Assembly: GCA_030390025.1 (NCBI GenBank)
Contig: CM059446.1
Location: 54,808,001-54,872,000, forward strand
DNA: 64,000 nt
Source of the DNA: Squalus acanthias
Taxonomy: Eukaryota
Direction of reading: 5' to 3'
Shown here: piece after piece, positions 36,483 through 48,500 of the stretch
How the letters are laid out: every line of letters starts with the position of its first letter
Numbering within the stretch: position 1 is the stretch's first letter
The notes under the pieces: model-generated
The model's input: the letters and a program-made list of their open reading frames with translations, nothing else
The model's database searches: none
Told to the model about the DNA's origin: nothing
Translations under genes and position numbers: made by a program

Positions 36483-37390
36483 TCTGGAGACTCTGCTTCA
36501 GCTGAACAGTCAGACGGATAATCGTGGGGTCCCTTTTCTAGGGGAGGCCCCACCGTCTTGGGTCAGTGCCATGAGAGACCAGTCACTGACCCCCTTAGCC
36601 ACCTCGCCCAGCTGGCCTGAGCCCAGCTCCTCAGCGCTCGAACAAAATGTGCTGATATCTGGACGAGCCTTGCTGTTCTGTGTCTGCACGTCCCATGTGT
36701 TGTCTCCTGTTTTAAGTACCATTACCCGAGAGAACAGGTCAGCCTGCCTGAAATTAATTTTTTAATTTTAAAAAACCTTTAAAATGGAAGAGGTCTGATT
36801 TCCTGCACCCGAGCTCTGTCTTCCCGTTGGGGCTGGGCAACGATCCTTCGGTCACCCTGGGTGTAGAATGCGCCAGTGACGACATTACAGCTCAGCTGCC
36901 CAAATCGCTGTGGTCAAGAGTGTTTGTTGGCCAGTGACTCGTGGTCTCCTCCCCCCTCACCCCCTTGGCTCTTGGAACAGTCAGAGCTGGGCTGGGAGGA
37001 GTGAAGCCATTACTCAGCTTCAACCAAAACAGCTAGGGGTGGCTTGGAGTGTGATGCTTGCCTCTGTGCGGCTATGTTGTTTTTAGCCCCTTCCAACTTT
37101 CTCCCTCACCAGGAGGCGGGGACTAATAGTTTTGCTGGGACTTATGCTGTGGTATCATTCTACTTCCTTCCTCATCCAATGGACATTCAAACGCAAGCTT
37201 TCCAGGATAAGAGGGGCAGTGGGTGGGGAGTACAACTAGGAGCAGCAACCTTGGTTGATGTTTTTCCCCCCTTCCTTAGCCCATTGGTGCTAAGACCAGT
37301 TATAGCACCCACCTAGTGTCATCTCAGCTGAGGTCCGGTAACAGACCAGAGAACTAACCCGGAGCCTTCCTGCTCTGTTAGTGAGGAATA

Positions 37391-37725
37391 CAGTACTGAG
37401 GGAGTGCTGCACTGTCGGAGGTGCCGTCTTTCTAGTGAGACGTTAAACCGAGGTCCAGTCTGCTCTCTCAGGTGTGCGTAAATGATCCCATAATTCGAAG
37501 AAGAGCAGGGGAGTTCTCCCCGGTGGCCTGGCCAATATTTACCCCCTCAGCCAACACCTAAAAACAGATGATCTGGTCATTGTCACATTGCTGTTTGTGG
37601 GACCTTGCAAATTGGCTGCTGCGTTTCTACACTACAAACAGTGACTGCGTGCGTTTCAATGACTGTGAAGCTCTGGGGCGTCCTGAGATCACGAAAGGCA
37701 TTAAATAAATGTGTGTCTTTTGTTT
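37391..37725 (+). mobile_element. DeuSINE, 5'-truncated
   Basis: Core and tail. Confidence 0.8.
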
Positions 37726-38116
37726 TTCTTTTATGGGTGAGTCAGATACTGCAGCTTAACGGCAGTGCTATTGGGAGACACAATCTACACCTGGAGTACG
37801 AGGGAAAATTCTCAGTTGCAAAGAGGAACACAAACTCATTGGGGGCACAGCAGCAGACCCCAATTAGCGGAGCCTGAGCCTCCAGTCAACAGTATTCTTT
37901 GAAAGGGGAAATACATTGTCCTAACGGCTAGCGGGGGAGATGCCTGTACACTTGCCCGTCTGCACCAGTCACCCATTTTTAATTAACTTTATGTTCCATA
38001 CTGCTGGCTATAGCGGTAAGCTGGGAGCAGAATATTTTGCGTGGAACGTGCCACAACCCCCACAATGCAATATCACAAATGGAGGACGTGTTGGCCGAGT
38101 CCTCACCTTCAATCCC

Positions 38117-38463
38117 TTTCATGAGGTCACTAGCACAGAGTTTCGTGAGGTCACTAGCACAGAGTTTCGTGAGGTCACTAGCACAGAGTTTCGTGGGGTC
38201 ACTAGCACAAGAGTTTCGTGAGGTCACTAGCACAGAGTTTCGTGAGGTCACTAGCACAAGAGTTTCGTGAGGTCACTAGCACAAGAGTTTCGTGAGGTCA
38301 CTAGCACAGAGTTTCGTGAGGTCACTAGCACAGAGTTTCGTGAGGTCACTAGCACAGAGTTTCGTGAGGTCACTTGCACAGAGTTTCGTGAGGTCACTAG
38401 CACAGAGTTTCGTGAGGTCACTAGCACAGAGTTTCATGAGGTCACTAGCACAGAGTTTCGTGA
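38117..38463. repeat. 24/25-bp minisatellite, 14 copies
   Basis: Unit gaggtcactagcacagagtttcgt; three copies carry an extra A. Confidence 0.95.
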
Positions 38464-39816
38464 TGTTGCATCAGGAGGTTCTGCACAAAATGGGGAGGGG
38501 TGGTCTAACCTGGCATAGATCCTCTCCCTTTGGAGAATGAGTGGGTCGGGATGAGTGCCCATGAATTTGCCAGGTCGAATGGAACCCTTTCTTAAGGATT
38601 TTTAAAAACGAGGATCAGCCCTGATGTAATTGAATGGCGAACAGGCTCGAGGGGCTGAATGGCCTCCTCTTGTTCCTAACCCACGTGAAGAACTGAGGCC
38701 CAAAGTACCGGACACCTCTGAACTTGAAAGGAATAGGGCAGAAGGGAACGTAAAACAGGAAGTAAGGATTAGAAACTTGGGGTTTGTTGACTGTCTGGGG
38801 AAGGGCAGTCTCAATGAGGCTGGGAGTACCACAGTTCTGAGGTCCTTGTGAGTAGGAGAAAGTGTGAGAAGTCTTGATCTCAACAGGGTGAGGATAAAGT
38901 AAGGAGGAACTGTGTATGACAGTGAATTCGAAGCTTAGAAGGAACAAGAAAGGAGATTGTAGAGGAAACCTGATGCTAATTATTTTCATTATATCGAGAG
39001 AGGCAAATGAAGATGCAATGGAGGGATAGAGGTTGGTGGAATCTAGAGGTGACAGCTGGAATTGCCTATCAGAGGATAAGCTTTTCCTTGTTTCCTATCC
39101 AGGAGTGCAAGAGGTGCCAGATGTGAGAGCACCATTCAAGTGTGGGATGTACTTGGATTTAATAGACAGACTAGAACTGTTGAGGGGAAAAGAAGTAAAA
39201 GAGGAAACTAAACTTCTTGGAGGAAGCTTTGGAGATGTGGGAGTTCCACTTGAGGCCAGAGGGGATAGTGAGGCCAAGAATATCAATGTGTGAAGATGGA
39301 CTAAAGGGTGGAACCATCAGAGGTCAGAGTTGTCTCTAATTGGTTGTTCAAAGTATTGTGTGTCCTGGACACCTAACGTCGATGATTTGGTCTGCGGTTC
39401 CCTGGGCAACGGCCAACCTCCAGTGTGAGCCAGGAGTTCCTCCCTTAACCAACACCACCAAACACAGATTATCTGGTCATTCATCTCATTTGCCATTTTG
39501 TGGAAACTTGCTGTGCACAAATTGGGCGCCGTTTTTTTGGGACGCCCGGAGGTCGTGAAAGGCGCTATATAAATGCAAGTTCTTTCATTCTTTTATTGGT
39601 TGTGAGGATGCCTTGGGGTGCCCTGAGGATGTGAAAGGCTTTATCCATCGTAAGAAGTGGTGACTGCGAGACACGGGTACAGGCATCTCTCCCTTTGCAA
39701 CATAGTTAATTGGAGGCCAACTTCACCGACTATATCTCCCCTTTGACCACTGCACGTTGATTGTCACGTAATACCTACACTGCGGTCACACGGCACACAC
39801 GGGTGATTTTGCGTGG

Positions 39817-40041
39817 CTAGGTTGCGGCGGCCTTTTTGTCAGTAAAGAATCTCTTCAGGATGATCACCTGGCCAACGGTAACCAGGAAAAGCATGATGCT
39901 CTCGCTCGCCGCCCAGTAGATAACGTGGGTGCTGACGGTTTCTGCGTGCAGACGATCAATCATCGCCTGTACACGTTGGTGTGACTGCAAGTTGACCACG
40001 GTCTTCATTGCATAATGGACGGAGGCACAGGAGGATTCCAG
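39817..40041 (-). CDS. TMED3: TMED3-like exon 3 (coiled coil, TM helix, FF tail)
   Basis: tttttgcttccctcttcag|CTG. Encodes LESSCASVHYAMKTVVNLQSHQRVQAMIDRLHAETVSTHVIYWAASESIMLFLVTVGQVIILKRFFTDKKAAAT*. Confidence 0.88.
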   Translation of the reverse strand: MESSCASVHYAMKTVVNLQSHQRVQAMIDRLHAETVSTHVIYWAASESIMLFLVTVGQVIILKRFFTDKKAAAT

Positions 40042-40614
40042 CTGAAGAGGGAAGCAAAAAGGATCACGATGAATTCCAACCGCCTAGGCCATCAATGGCT
40101 ACATAATGGAGAAGGTTCCTACACTTACACAAGCAGTTACGATGGATCTTCAAACATCAGCTCTCTTATTCTCCATTCTACCCAAGATAATCTTGCAGGG
40201 CTCAGGATGGTTGCTGTAACTGTTACCCGCAAGTCCGGCACCTGGTGGAATTTACTCACCCCTGTATCTCGGCAGAAACCGGCTGAGCGGGTGGACGGGC
40301 AGTTAAACTGCCCCGTGTGACTTACGCACAAAAGGACCAGGGGGAGATGAGGAGAATTTTGTTTTACGCAGCGAGTTGTCGTGATCGGGAATGCGCTGCC
40401 TGAAAGGGCGGTGGAAGCAGATTCAATAGTAACTTTCAAAAGGGAATGGGATATATATTTGAAAAGGAAAAATTTTGCAAGTCTGTGTGGAAAGAGCAGG
40501 GGGGAGTGAGACTAATTGGAGAGCTCTTTCAAAGAGCCGGCACAGGCACGATGGGCCAAATGGCCTCCTTCTGTACTGTAAGATTCTATGATACTAGGAA
40601 TCTCATCTGATTAC

Positions 40615-41020
40615 GGGTACGATAGCATAGCGGTGTTGCTGGACTAATAAATGTTACTGGACTAATAATCTAGTGGCCTGAACTAATGATCTGGAGACAT
40701 GAGTTCAAATCCCACCATGGCAGCTGGGGAATTTAAATGCAGTTAATTAAATAAATCTGGAATAAAAACCAATATCAGTAATAGTGACCATGAAACTATC
40801 GGATTGTTGTAGTGAATCCATCTGGTTCACTAATGTCCTTTAGGGAATGAAATCTGCCATCCTTACCCGGTCTGGCCTATATGTGACTCCCGACCCACGC
40901 CAATGTGGTTGACTCTTAACTGCCCTCTGAAAAGGCCGAGCAAGCCACTCAGTTGTATCAAAGGGCAATAAATGCTGGCATTGCCAGCGATGCCCACATT
41001 CTGTGAATGAATAAAAAAGA
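40615..41020 (+). mobile_element. tRNA-derived SINE sharing the LINE-family-B tail
   Basis: B-box GAGTTCAAATCCC. The 3' end gggcaataaatgctggc..cccacatt.tgtgaatgaataaaaa matches LINE B. Other copies at ~9997-10385 (-) and 60308-60640 (+). Confidence 0.75.
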
Positions 41021-41283
41021 TTCGGCCAATGCAAGGGACGTTCCATTGCTCAGCCAAACACACAGAACTCTCGGCCTCCCTTAGTCCTCCTACAACCTAA
41101 GCCTGGCATCACCCAATCACTCCTCTTGTCTTTTCAACCTCGGTCGTGTGGGTGCACTTGGGCCTTCAACTAGGGTTCTCCATTAAAAGAAATACACGGA
41201 GCTCTGCTTCAAAGCCATAGCCTTCCGTAGGCCCGGTTAGGGCGAGCAGCCAGGTTTCCACAGGCCTGTCGAGACCAACTAAC

Positions 41284-41532
41284 CTGCGTGAGAGCAGAAG
41301 CCTTGTCCCCGATATTGGGGAGAATTGGGAGCTCTTCACCAGCCTGGAGGTGGAAGTAAATCTTCTTGTGAGTGAAGGTGGAGAACTGGTTGCCGAAGCA
41401 GAACTTGTAGACGCCGGGGAACTCCGCTTTCCCTACAAAGGTGTCGTAGCGTATCTTGTGCTTTCTGTAGACCATTCGTCTCGTGGGATCTTCGATGAAA
41501 CAATCCACATCGTAGTGACCGCCTGCAACCAC
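41284..41532 (-). CDS. TMED3: TMED3-like exon 2 (GOLD domain, 249 bp)
   Basis: ttctcaacag|GTG and CAG|GTTAGT. Encodes VVAGGHYDVDCFIEDP...GVYKFCFGNQFSTFTHKKIYFHLQAGEELPILPNIGDKASALTQ. Confidence 0.9.
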
Positions 41533-41799
41533 CTGTTGAGAACAAGAATATTCAACTTTTATCAACTTGATTAAATACCGATCCGGCACCAAGTCACATC
41601 CTAAGGGAATCCAGAATAAAGGGGGTATTAACCTGTGCACAGCCTGCCCTTGTCCCACCCCCCCACCCAACATAAATCCAAGTCTACACATAATCAGACA
41701 CCAACACTCCCGAGGGAGGAGTAGCATTGGTAACCGGCTCAAACTTTGCTCCTACTCTCGGTTTGCAATGTCTGCCCAACTGTGGGTCTCCCCAAGCTA

Positions 41800-42185
41800 C
41801 TAATTGAGGTGTTTAAGATAAATAAAGGATTTGATAAAGGTAGATAGAAAGAAACTATTTCTTCTGGTGGTGGGTTGAGGGAGTCCGGAACAAGGAGGCA
41901 TAACCTTAAAATTAGAGCCAGGCCGTTCAGGAGTGATGTCAGGAAACACTCCTTTACACAAAGGGTATCGGAAATCTGGAACTCTCTCCCCCAAAAAGCC
42001 GTTGAGGCTGGGGGTCAATTGAAAATATCAAAACGGAGATTGATAAAATCTGTTAGGTAAGGGTATTAAGGGATGTGGAGCCAAGGTGGGTAAATGGAGT
42101 GAAGATACAGGTCGCCATGATCTAATTAAATGGCGGAACATGCTCAAGGGGGCTGAATTGCCTACTCCTGTTCCTATGTTCCTAC
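41800..42185 (+). mobile_element. CR1 3' fragment (TMED3 intron 1)
   Basis: Encodes HNLKIRARPFRSDVRKHSFTQRVSEIWNSLP. Tail ttcctatgttcct. Similar short CR1 tails occur at ~10750-10990, 13620-13815, 17298-17665, 22175-22460, 25385-25530, 40335-40590 and 43645-43735. Confidence 0.8.
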
Positions 42186-45070
42186 AGGTTATGGTCTGGA
42201 GTTTAGGGCATGCATTTCCTCACTCCCCCTATTCTTTTCTTTCCTCTTCTGAAGCCAGAGACTCATCTTGGGGTACGGTTCAAGAGGAACTGATCATCCT
42301 TCACGTGCAAGTTGTGCCAGCCTGGTGCCACCAACCTTGACCACATCTTCTTTCTTTTCTTTATTACGCTGTTCAACTTTGGTAATGGTCTGTTCCGAGG
42401 TTGTGGTTGAGGCACATTGTTGGGTCAAAGTAGAGGAAGTTCTAACAGGACTGTTTCTGACCTGGGGGTGGGGGTGCTTGATGGGGCAGTCTAGAGGGAG
42501 AATTACTCGGTATATCATCTGTGCTGTCTCTGATCCAGAAGTGCTTGATGCTGACCCTTCTCCAACACTTTAAAGTTTTGCATTTGATCATGAAAAAAAA
42601 CTTATGAAAGAAAAAAATGTGTAACTTTGAAACTTGTCAGGAATAGCACCTAGTGGTTAATTATTTGAGTCTACAGACACTTGGAATGGTGTGCTAGACC
42701 AATGGAGAATTTGCACTTCCTTCTTGCTGGCCCGCGGCATTCCTCTTGAACCAAGGGTTTCTCTGGAGCCGTTTTTATAAAGTATATTTTGGAATCAGTT
42801 CCTCGAATCCGCCAATGGCGTTGAATGGAAATAGTTGTTGCTTTTACACCACAAACAAAAACAACCACCTTCTGATCAGACTTGGCCCTGGCATGGCAAC
42901 AGATCTGCTGTGTGTGCGTCTCCTGATCTCCCTCAATCATCTATCCTCTCATTCTCCGCAGTTCCCCTCTAGCTCAAGTGATGCGCAAACTGTCGTGTTT
43001 CATTTATTATTTTTAATTACTGTTTTTGTGCAAAATGTTGTGCTCATCAAGCATTTGTAGGTGAGGTATAGCATGGAGCAGAGGGAGAATAAACCTCCCT
43101 CTACACTGCCCCCTCATGTACTCCCACGTGCAGCACAGGTCAAGTGCAGACTTAAAACTCGCTATGCTTTCCCAACAATGAAGTATTCCCCATTGCACCA
43201 ATGTTGACATTTTCCATTGTCCCACACCAACCATCTTGGCGTCTCCCTACACAAGATTGCAAATTAATGCTGAGTTAGGAACGGTTTTGTGCTCCAGCTC
43301 CAAGCCCCATATGATTTGGATTGGGACTGGCCAAGCTTATTTCACATAGAACCATTGCAGCCATGCGATGAAAGGCCAGAGTCTAATCCATTACACCAGC
43401 CAATTCCCCCACATTTCACGAACTTACAGAAAAGTATTAATGGCACACGTGCCAATTGGAGTGACTGAGGTTTGAACTCTGGAAAAACTGCAGTGAGTCC
43501 TGGCCTGGACAAGATTCCTCCCACAATAGCACACACCTAACCAGGGGCAATGAGAAGGCAAATGGGAATGAAACCCCAGCCCCAAGTACCACCACAACAC
43601 AGCTTAGCTCTCACCTAACAGCAATGTATTCCAGCAGGAATCTAAATCATAGAAATCATACAATCTTACAGCACAGAAGGAGGCCATTCAGCCCATCATG
43701 CCTGTGCCGGCTCTTTGAAAGAACTATCCAATTTGCTGTGATGCCCCCATGGAGGAATAGCCTAACACATGAAGACTGGTCATTTGATTAGCTATCGAAG
43801 GACAGCCAGCACCTGTGGAACCTTACCTCAATATATGAGTCAGTGCCTTCATGAGAGGCCGAGGGGGGGGGGGTGGATTTAAAAAAAAAAAATGATTAAT
43901 GCAAGGACCTAATTCTGAAATTGAGATGAATCTAGTTTGGGAACAGACCTGTAATGCAGCCTGGCTGAGGAACTGGCAACAGCCCAACTCAGCAGGCAGT
44001 GCAGGCATTGTACATTACACCCCCTAAACATTAGTCCTTCCTCTTCCCAGTAGAGGCTGTGCACTGAATCCTGGAAAAGCTTCACTGCGTTGGGTAGAAT
44101 TCCCAGGGAGCAGGTACTAATTGGCACCGACAAATCATAGCTATATTGCTGGTATGATGCCAGAACCAGTGTGTGGAGCTGCCAGTACAGGCTTACACTG
44201 GCCCAGTGTTGACACTAGGATTTCAGTGAGGTGTGATGGCGTGTGTGTGAGATTTTCACACTGTGCGTCCTTGTGCAGTGAAAAGCATCCCAGTGGTACA
44301 AGTCTAGATGTGTGTGTGTGTATTTTCAGCGGAGGCTGGCTGGTGGCTATAGGTCTGTCACTGGGAGCAACTGGACAAATTTGAGCGGGTGAATTAATAG
44401 CATCACACAAGTGTATCCCACTGCATCAGAATATATTGACTCAATGCGATCCATCCTACAGTGCATTGGCCCAGGACAACAGAACTGGCCATTTGGACCA
44501 CCCTTTCAATAGGCAAAGCAGAGCTCTGTGCCGGGGCTCTCCGTACCGACATCAGGCCGTCAGGTTTAAAGTTCACTATCCAGTCAGTGCTTCTCCGCTG
44601 TTATACTGCATCCCCCTAGTCTTCCCCTCCCCTCCGCCTCTCTCAAAGGTCAATTATCTCTGGGGCACCACACTAATGGAAGCCAGACACTCTCCAATAC
44701 CTCCCCCAAGTGGTTCAACAGAATGGCAGAAATGTTTCAAAATACCATTTGTAGTTATACTGCAAACAGAGCAACAACAACCACCTGCATTTATACAGCG
44801 CCTTTAACATAGTAAAACGGCCCGAGGCACTTCACAGGAGCGATTATCAAACAAAATTTGACACCGAGACACATAAGGAGATATTAGGACAGGTGACCAA
44901 AAGCTTGGTCAAAGAGGCAGGTTTTAAGGAACGTCTTAAAAGGAGGAGAGAGGCGGAGAGCTCAGGGCCCAGGCAGCTGAAGGCACGGCCACTAATGGTG
45001 GAGCGGTGAAAATCGGGGATGCACAAGAGGCCAGAATTGGAGGAGCACGGAGATCTCGAAGGGTTGTAGG

Positions 45071-45233
45071 CAATGTTCCCCCTAATTTTTTTGGGGTGCG
45101 CGGCCCCTTTAACGGGCTGCGCGGCCCATTCAAAGTTTCACGCAGGCGCGAAATTTCACATTGGAAAAGCCGGTCCCGGGCTGCGCGGGACCGGCAGACA
45201 GCTGTGCGTCCGCACAGCTTAGAGGGAATGCTG
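45071..45233. mobile_element. hAT-type MITE
   Basis: TIR CAATGTTCCC.CTAA / TTAGAGGGAATGCTG and a perfect 8-bp TSD GTTGTAGG. Inserted in an L2. Confidence 0.85.
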
Positions 45234-45282
45234 GTTGTAGGGCTGGAGGAGCTTACAGCGATAGGGAGCCATGGAGGGATTG

Positions 45283-45735
45283 AAAGAAAGAAAGACTTGC
45301 ATTTATATAGCGCCTTTCACAACCACCGGACGTCTCAAAGCGCTTTACAGCCACTTTTGAAGTGGAGTCACTGTTGTAATGCGGGAAACGCGGCAGCCAA
45401 TTGGCAGCAAGCTCCCACAAACAACAATGTGATAATGACCAGATAATCTGTTTTTATTATGTTGATTGAGGGATAAATATTGGCCAGGACACCAGGGATA
45501 ACTCCCCTGCTCTTCTTCAAAATAGTGCCATGGGATCTTTTACGTCCACCTGAGAGAGCAGACGGGGCTTCGGTTTAAACTTCTCATCTGAAAGACGGCA
45601 CCTCCGACAGTGCAGTGCTCCCCCAGTACTGCATTGGAGTGTCAGCCTAGATTTTCATGCTCAAGTCTCTGGAATAGGGACTTGAACCCACAACCTTCTG
45701 ACTCAGGCGAGTGTGCTACCCACTGAGACACAGCT
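45283..45735 (-). mobile_element. DeuSINE inserted in L2
   Basis: Full reverse-complement copy. The L2 resumes at 45736. Confidence 0.85.
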
Positions 45736-46078
45736 GAAAACAAGAATGAGAATTTTAAAATCGAAGTGTTGCTTAACCGGGAGCCAATGTAGGTCAGCGA
45801 GCACAGGGATAATGGGTGAGTGAGCAAGGTGAAAGAGGGGTGATACCACCCCCACCCCACAGCGTGCTCAAGAAAAAAAAAAATGCAGAATTGATACACG
45901 TTGACTGTTAAAAAAAGGCCTGCATTAACCCAAAACACTTCACATACAATACATTACCATGAAATGCACTGACTGTTGTTTTGTAGGCAAATAAGGCAGC
46001 CATTATGCACATAGCAAGATCCCACAAACAACGATGAGATGCATGATCAGTTACTGATGGTTGGCTAGTGCACCAGGA

Positions 46079-47215
46079 TCATGTCCATTGTGCCCCTTAG
46101 TGGGCGGAATCCACATTGTGACTCTGGGAGGAGCTCTTCAGCCACTGGGAGAAGGCAATTTAGGAGGATTCTTGCGATGACTTTCCCTGTGGCAGACAGC
46201 AGGGAGACTCCTCTGTAATTACCGCAATCGGACTGGTCACCTTTCTTGAAGATGGTCACGATTACGGCATCTCAGATCCCCTGGCATGCTCTCCTCCTTC
46301 CAAATAAGAGAAATGAGTTCATGTATTCGTGCCAATAGTGCTTCTCCGCCATGTTTTAGCGCCTCGGCGGGGATTCCATCTGCTCCGGAAGCCTTGTTGT
46401 TCTTCAGTTGTCGGGTGGCCTTTTCAACCTCATGCCGGGCTGGGGTTGTGCTGAGGTGGTGACGGGTGGCATTCTGCGGGATGGAGTTGAGGACACTCGC
46501 GCCGAAGAGAGAGTCTCGGTTCCTTCCAGCGGGCACTGACTGCCTCTCTGTCCTTGATGAGTGCCTCTCCGTTCTTGGCCCGCAGTGGGGTAGGACCTTG
46601 GGTGCTTGGGCCATAGGTGGTCTTGACTGCGCTAAAGAATCCACGCACATCGTGGTTGTCGGCTAGCTGCTGGATCTCCTGCGCTTTCTCCACCCACCAT
46701 CTGTTCTTTAGGTCGCGAGTTTTTTGCTGAACACGTCAGTGTTCTCGCTCAGGCCAACATCCCCAGCATCGATGCTTTGACCACGCTCGATCAGCTCCGA
46801 TGGACCGGCCACATCGTCCGCATGCCCAATACAAGACTCCCAAAACAAGCGCTCTACTCGGAGCTCCGACACGGCAAGAGAGCCCCAGGTGGGCAGAGGA
46901 AACGCTTCAAGGACACCCTCAAAGCCTCCTTGAAAAAGTGCAACATCCCCACCGACACCTGGGAATCCCTGGCCCAAGACCGCACAAAGTGGAGGAGAAG
47001 CATCCGGGAAGGCGCCGAACACCTCGAGTCTCTTCACCAGGAGCAAGCGGAAGCCAAGCGCAAGGAGCGCACGTCAACCCAAGCACCCCACCCACCGTCT
47101 GCCCCACCTGTGACAGAGACTGTAGGACCCGCATTGGACTCATCAGTCACCCGAGAACTCATTTTTAGTGGGGAAGCAAGTCATCCTCGGTCCTGAGGGA
47201 CTGCCTGAGAAAAAG
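46079..47215. mobile_element. RTE LINE copy with 5' inversion and internal deletion
   Basis: The antisense block 46079-~46729 encodes KKGDQSDCGNYRGVSLLS..LPESQCGFR. The sense block ~46730-47215 encodes QLRWTGHIVRM..RLPKQALYSEL. Perfect 12-bp TSD AGTGCACCAGGA (46067-46078, 47216-47227). Confidence 0.88.
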
Positions 47216-47640
47216 AGTGCACCAGGAGAACCCCCTTTGCTCTTTAAATAGCCCCTCGAGATCTTTAACAATCCAGCTGCATCAGTTGACGTCTCAGTCT
47301 TAACATCTCATCGGAAGGACACTCCCCTCTAATGCCAGGTTACCCTGCAGTGGGGCTTGAACCCACCACCTTCCATCTCGCAGCAGAGAGCGCGACCAAC
47401 TAAGCCCAGTCCGACTGCAGTTATACCGCCCACCTTGCGCTGCTGTTGGTGCAAAATCTCCCCCCCCCCCCCAAAAAAAAAAGCTTTGCAGTAAAAATAA
47501 GTTATGAAAGAGTAACTTGCTGCCCAGCCCAGCCTGCACCTGTCCATTGTGATTGCTGCCATATGGCTGCAGCAATCAGCCAGCAAGTACATCTCATCCA
47601 CTTTCTTTTCTACAAGAGACCAGCCTGGTTTGCACCTTAC

Positions 47641-47784
47641 CTGGAAAACCAGCGTGTACTGAGCGTCCTTCTCGACCTCCTCGAAGAAACACTGAACCTC
47701 TTTATCCGGCAGTTCGAATGTGAGTTCACTGAAAGTGGCGCATGCCAAAGGCAGGAGCATCAGAAAAGCGAAGAACATGACCAT
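47641..47784 (-). CDS. TMED3: TMED3-like p24-gamma protein, exon 1 (signal peptide + start of GOLD domain)
   Basis: accATGG Kozak context. Encodes MVMFFAFLMLLPLACATFSELTFELPDKEVQCFFEEVEKDAQYTLVFQ. Donor CAG|GTAAGG. Confidence 0.88.
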
Positions 47785-47949
47785 GGTTGCAGCGAAGTGT
47801 AATGCAGAGCCGGGGGTATCAATGCAAGAGGAGGCTTAAAAACCAGACGGGCCGATTGCACTGTCTGTCTGAGCCGGTGCAGGGGAGCCGCTCCTCCTCG
47901 CATTCAGCTTGTTTTCAGAAAAATAATCGTCTCACATTCACATGTCTGT

Positions 47950-48030
47950 TTCAGCCCCGCCTCCCAGCCTCAGTGTCTGGGGTCGGTCTAAACCTGACGT
48001 GGCAGCAAGGATTGCTCCTTCCGGGAACCG
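47950..48030 (-). promoter_or_regulatory. Proximal promoter motif cluster of the TMED3-like gene
   Basis: GC-box CCCCGCCTCCC (47955-47965), TGACGTGGCA (47995-48004; UPRE/XBP1/CREB3L-type) and GAS TTCCGGGAA (48019-48027), lying 170-245 bp upstream of the ATG. Confidence 0.5.
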
Positions 48031-48132
48031 TGCAAAAAGGGAAGGAATTTAAGGAAAAAAGGGGAGAGCGAGAGAGTTGTAAGAATTTGTTTTAAAAAAT
48101 TGCAATACTATCAGGATTTCTACAGCACAGAT

Positions 48133-48232
48133 TCAATTAAACAAGTTAGTATCCTGTTTTTTTAATCCAATTAAATAAGTTAGTATCCTGTTTTTTTAAA
48201 TCCAATTAAATAAATTAGTATCCTGTTTTTTT
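48133..48232. repeat. Triple ~35-bp tandem repeat upstream of the TMED3-like gene
   Basis: caattaaa.aa.ttagtatcctgttttttt repeated three times. Confidence 0.85.
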
Positions 48233-48369
48233 CCCCAGGATACAATTCCCTCCTAGCTTTTCCCTCCAGCATGGGAAAACAAGAACATAGGCTCCTAGCA
48301 CCCTAGCCATTCGGCCCATCCGGCTGGTGCTAGCTTATTATAAGGGCCATCCACTTTGGCCCATTCTCC

Positions 48370-48500
48370 GTTCGAAGGGTCATCCACCTGAAACGTTAAC
48401 TCTGTTTCTCTCTCCACAGATGCTGCCTGACCTGCTGAGTAATTCCAGCATTTTCTGTTTTTATTTCAGATTTCCAGCATCCGCAGTATTTTGCTTTTGT
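48370..48500 (+). mobile_element. Penelope terminal-repeat fragment
   Basis: cctgaaacgttaactctgtttctctctccacagatgctgcctgacctgctgag is the reverse complement of the 56905-56985 end. The hammerhead CUGA box is missing. Confidence 0.65.

Noticed and set aside
38117-38463. CRISPR-like array
   Set aside because: Head-to-tail repeats with no unique spacers, no cas genes and a vertebrate context. The same applies to the 66-bp and 40-bp arrays.
39817-47784. Assignment as TMED7 or as a pseudogene
   Set aside because: ELTFELPD, CFxEEVE, CF/YIEDP and PILP resemble TMED3 more than TMED7. The reading frame and GT-AG sites are intact. Orthology still needs a tree.
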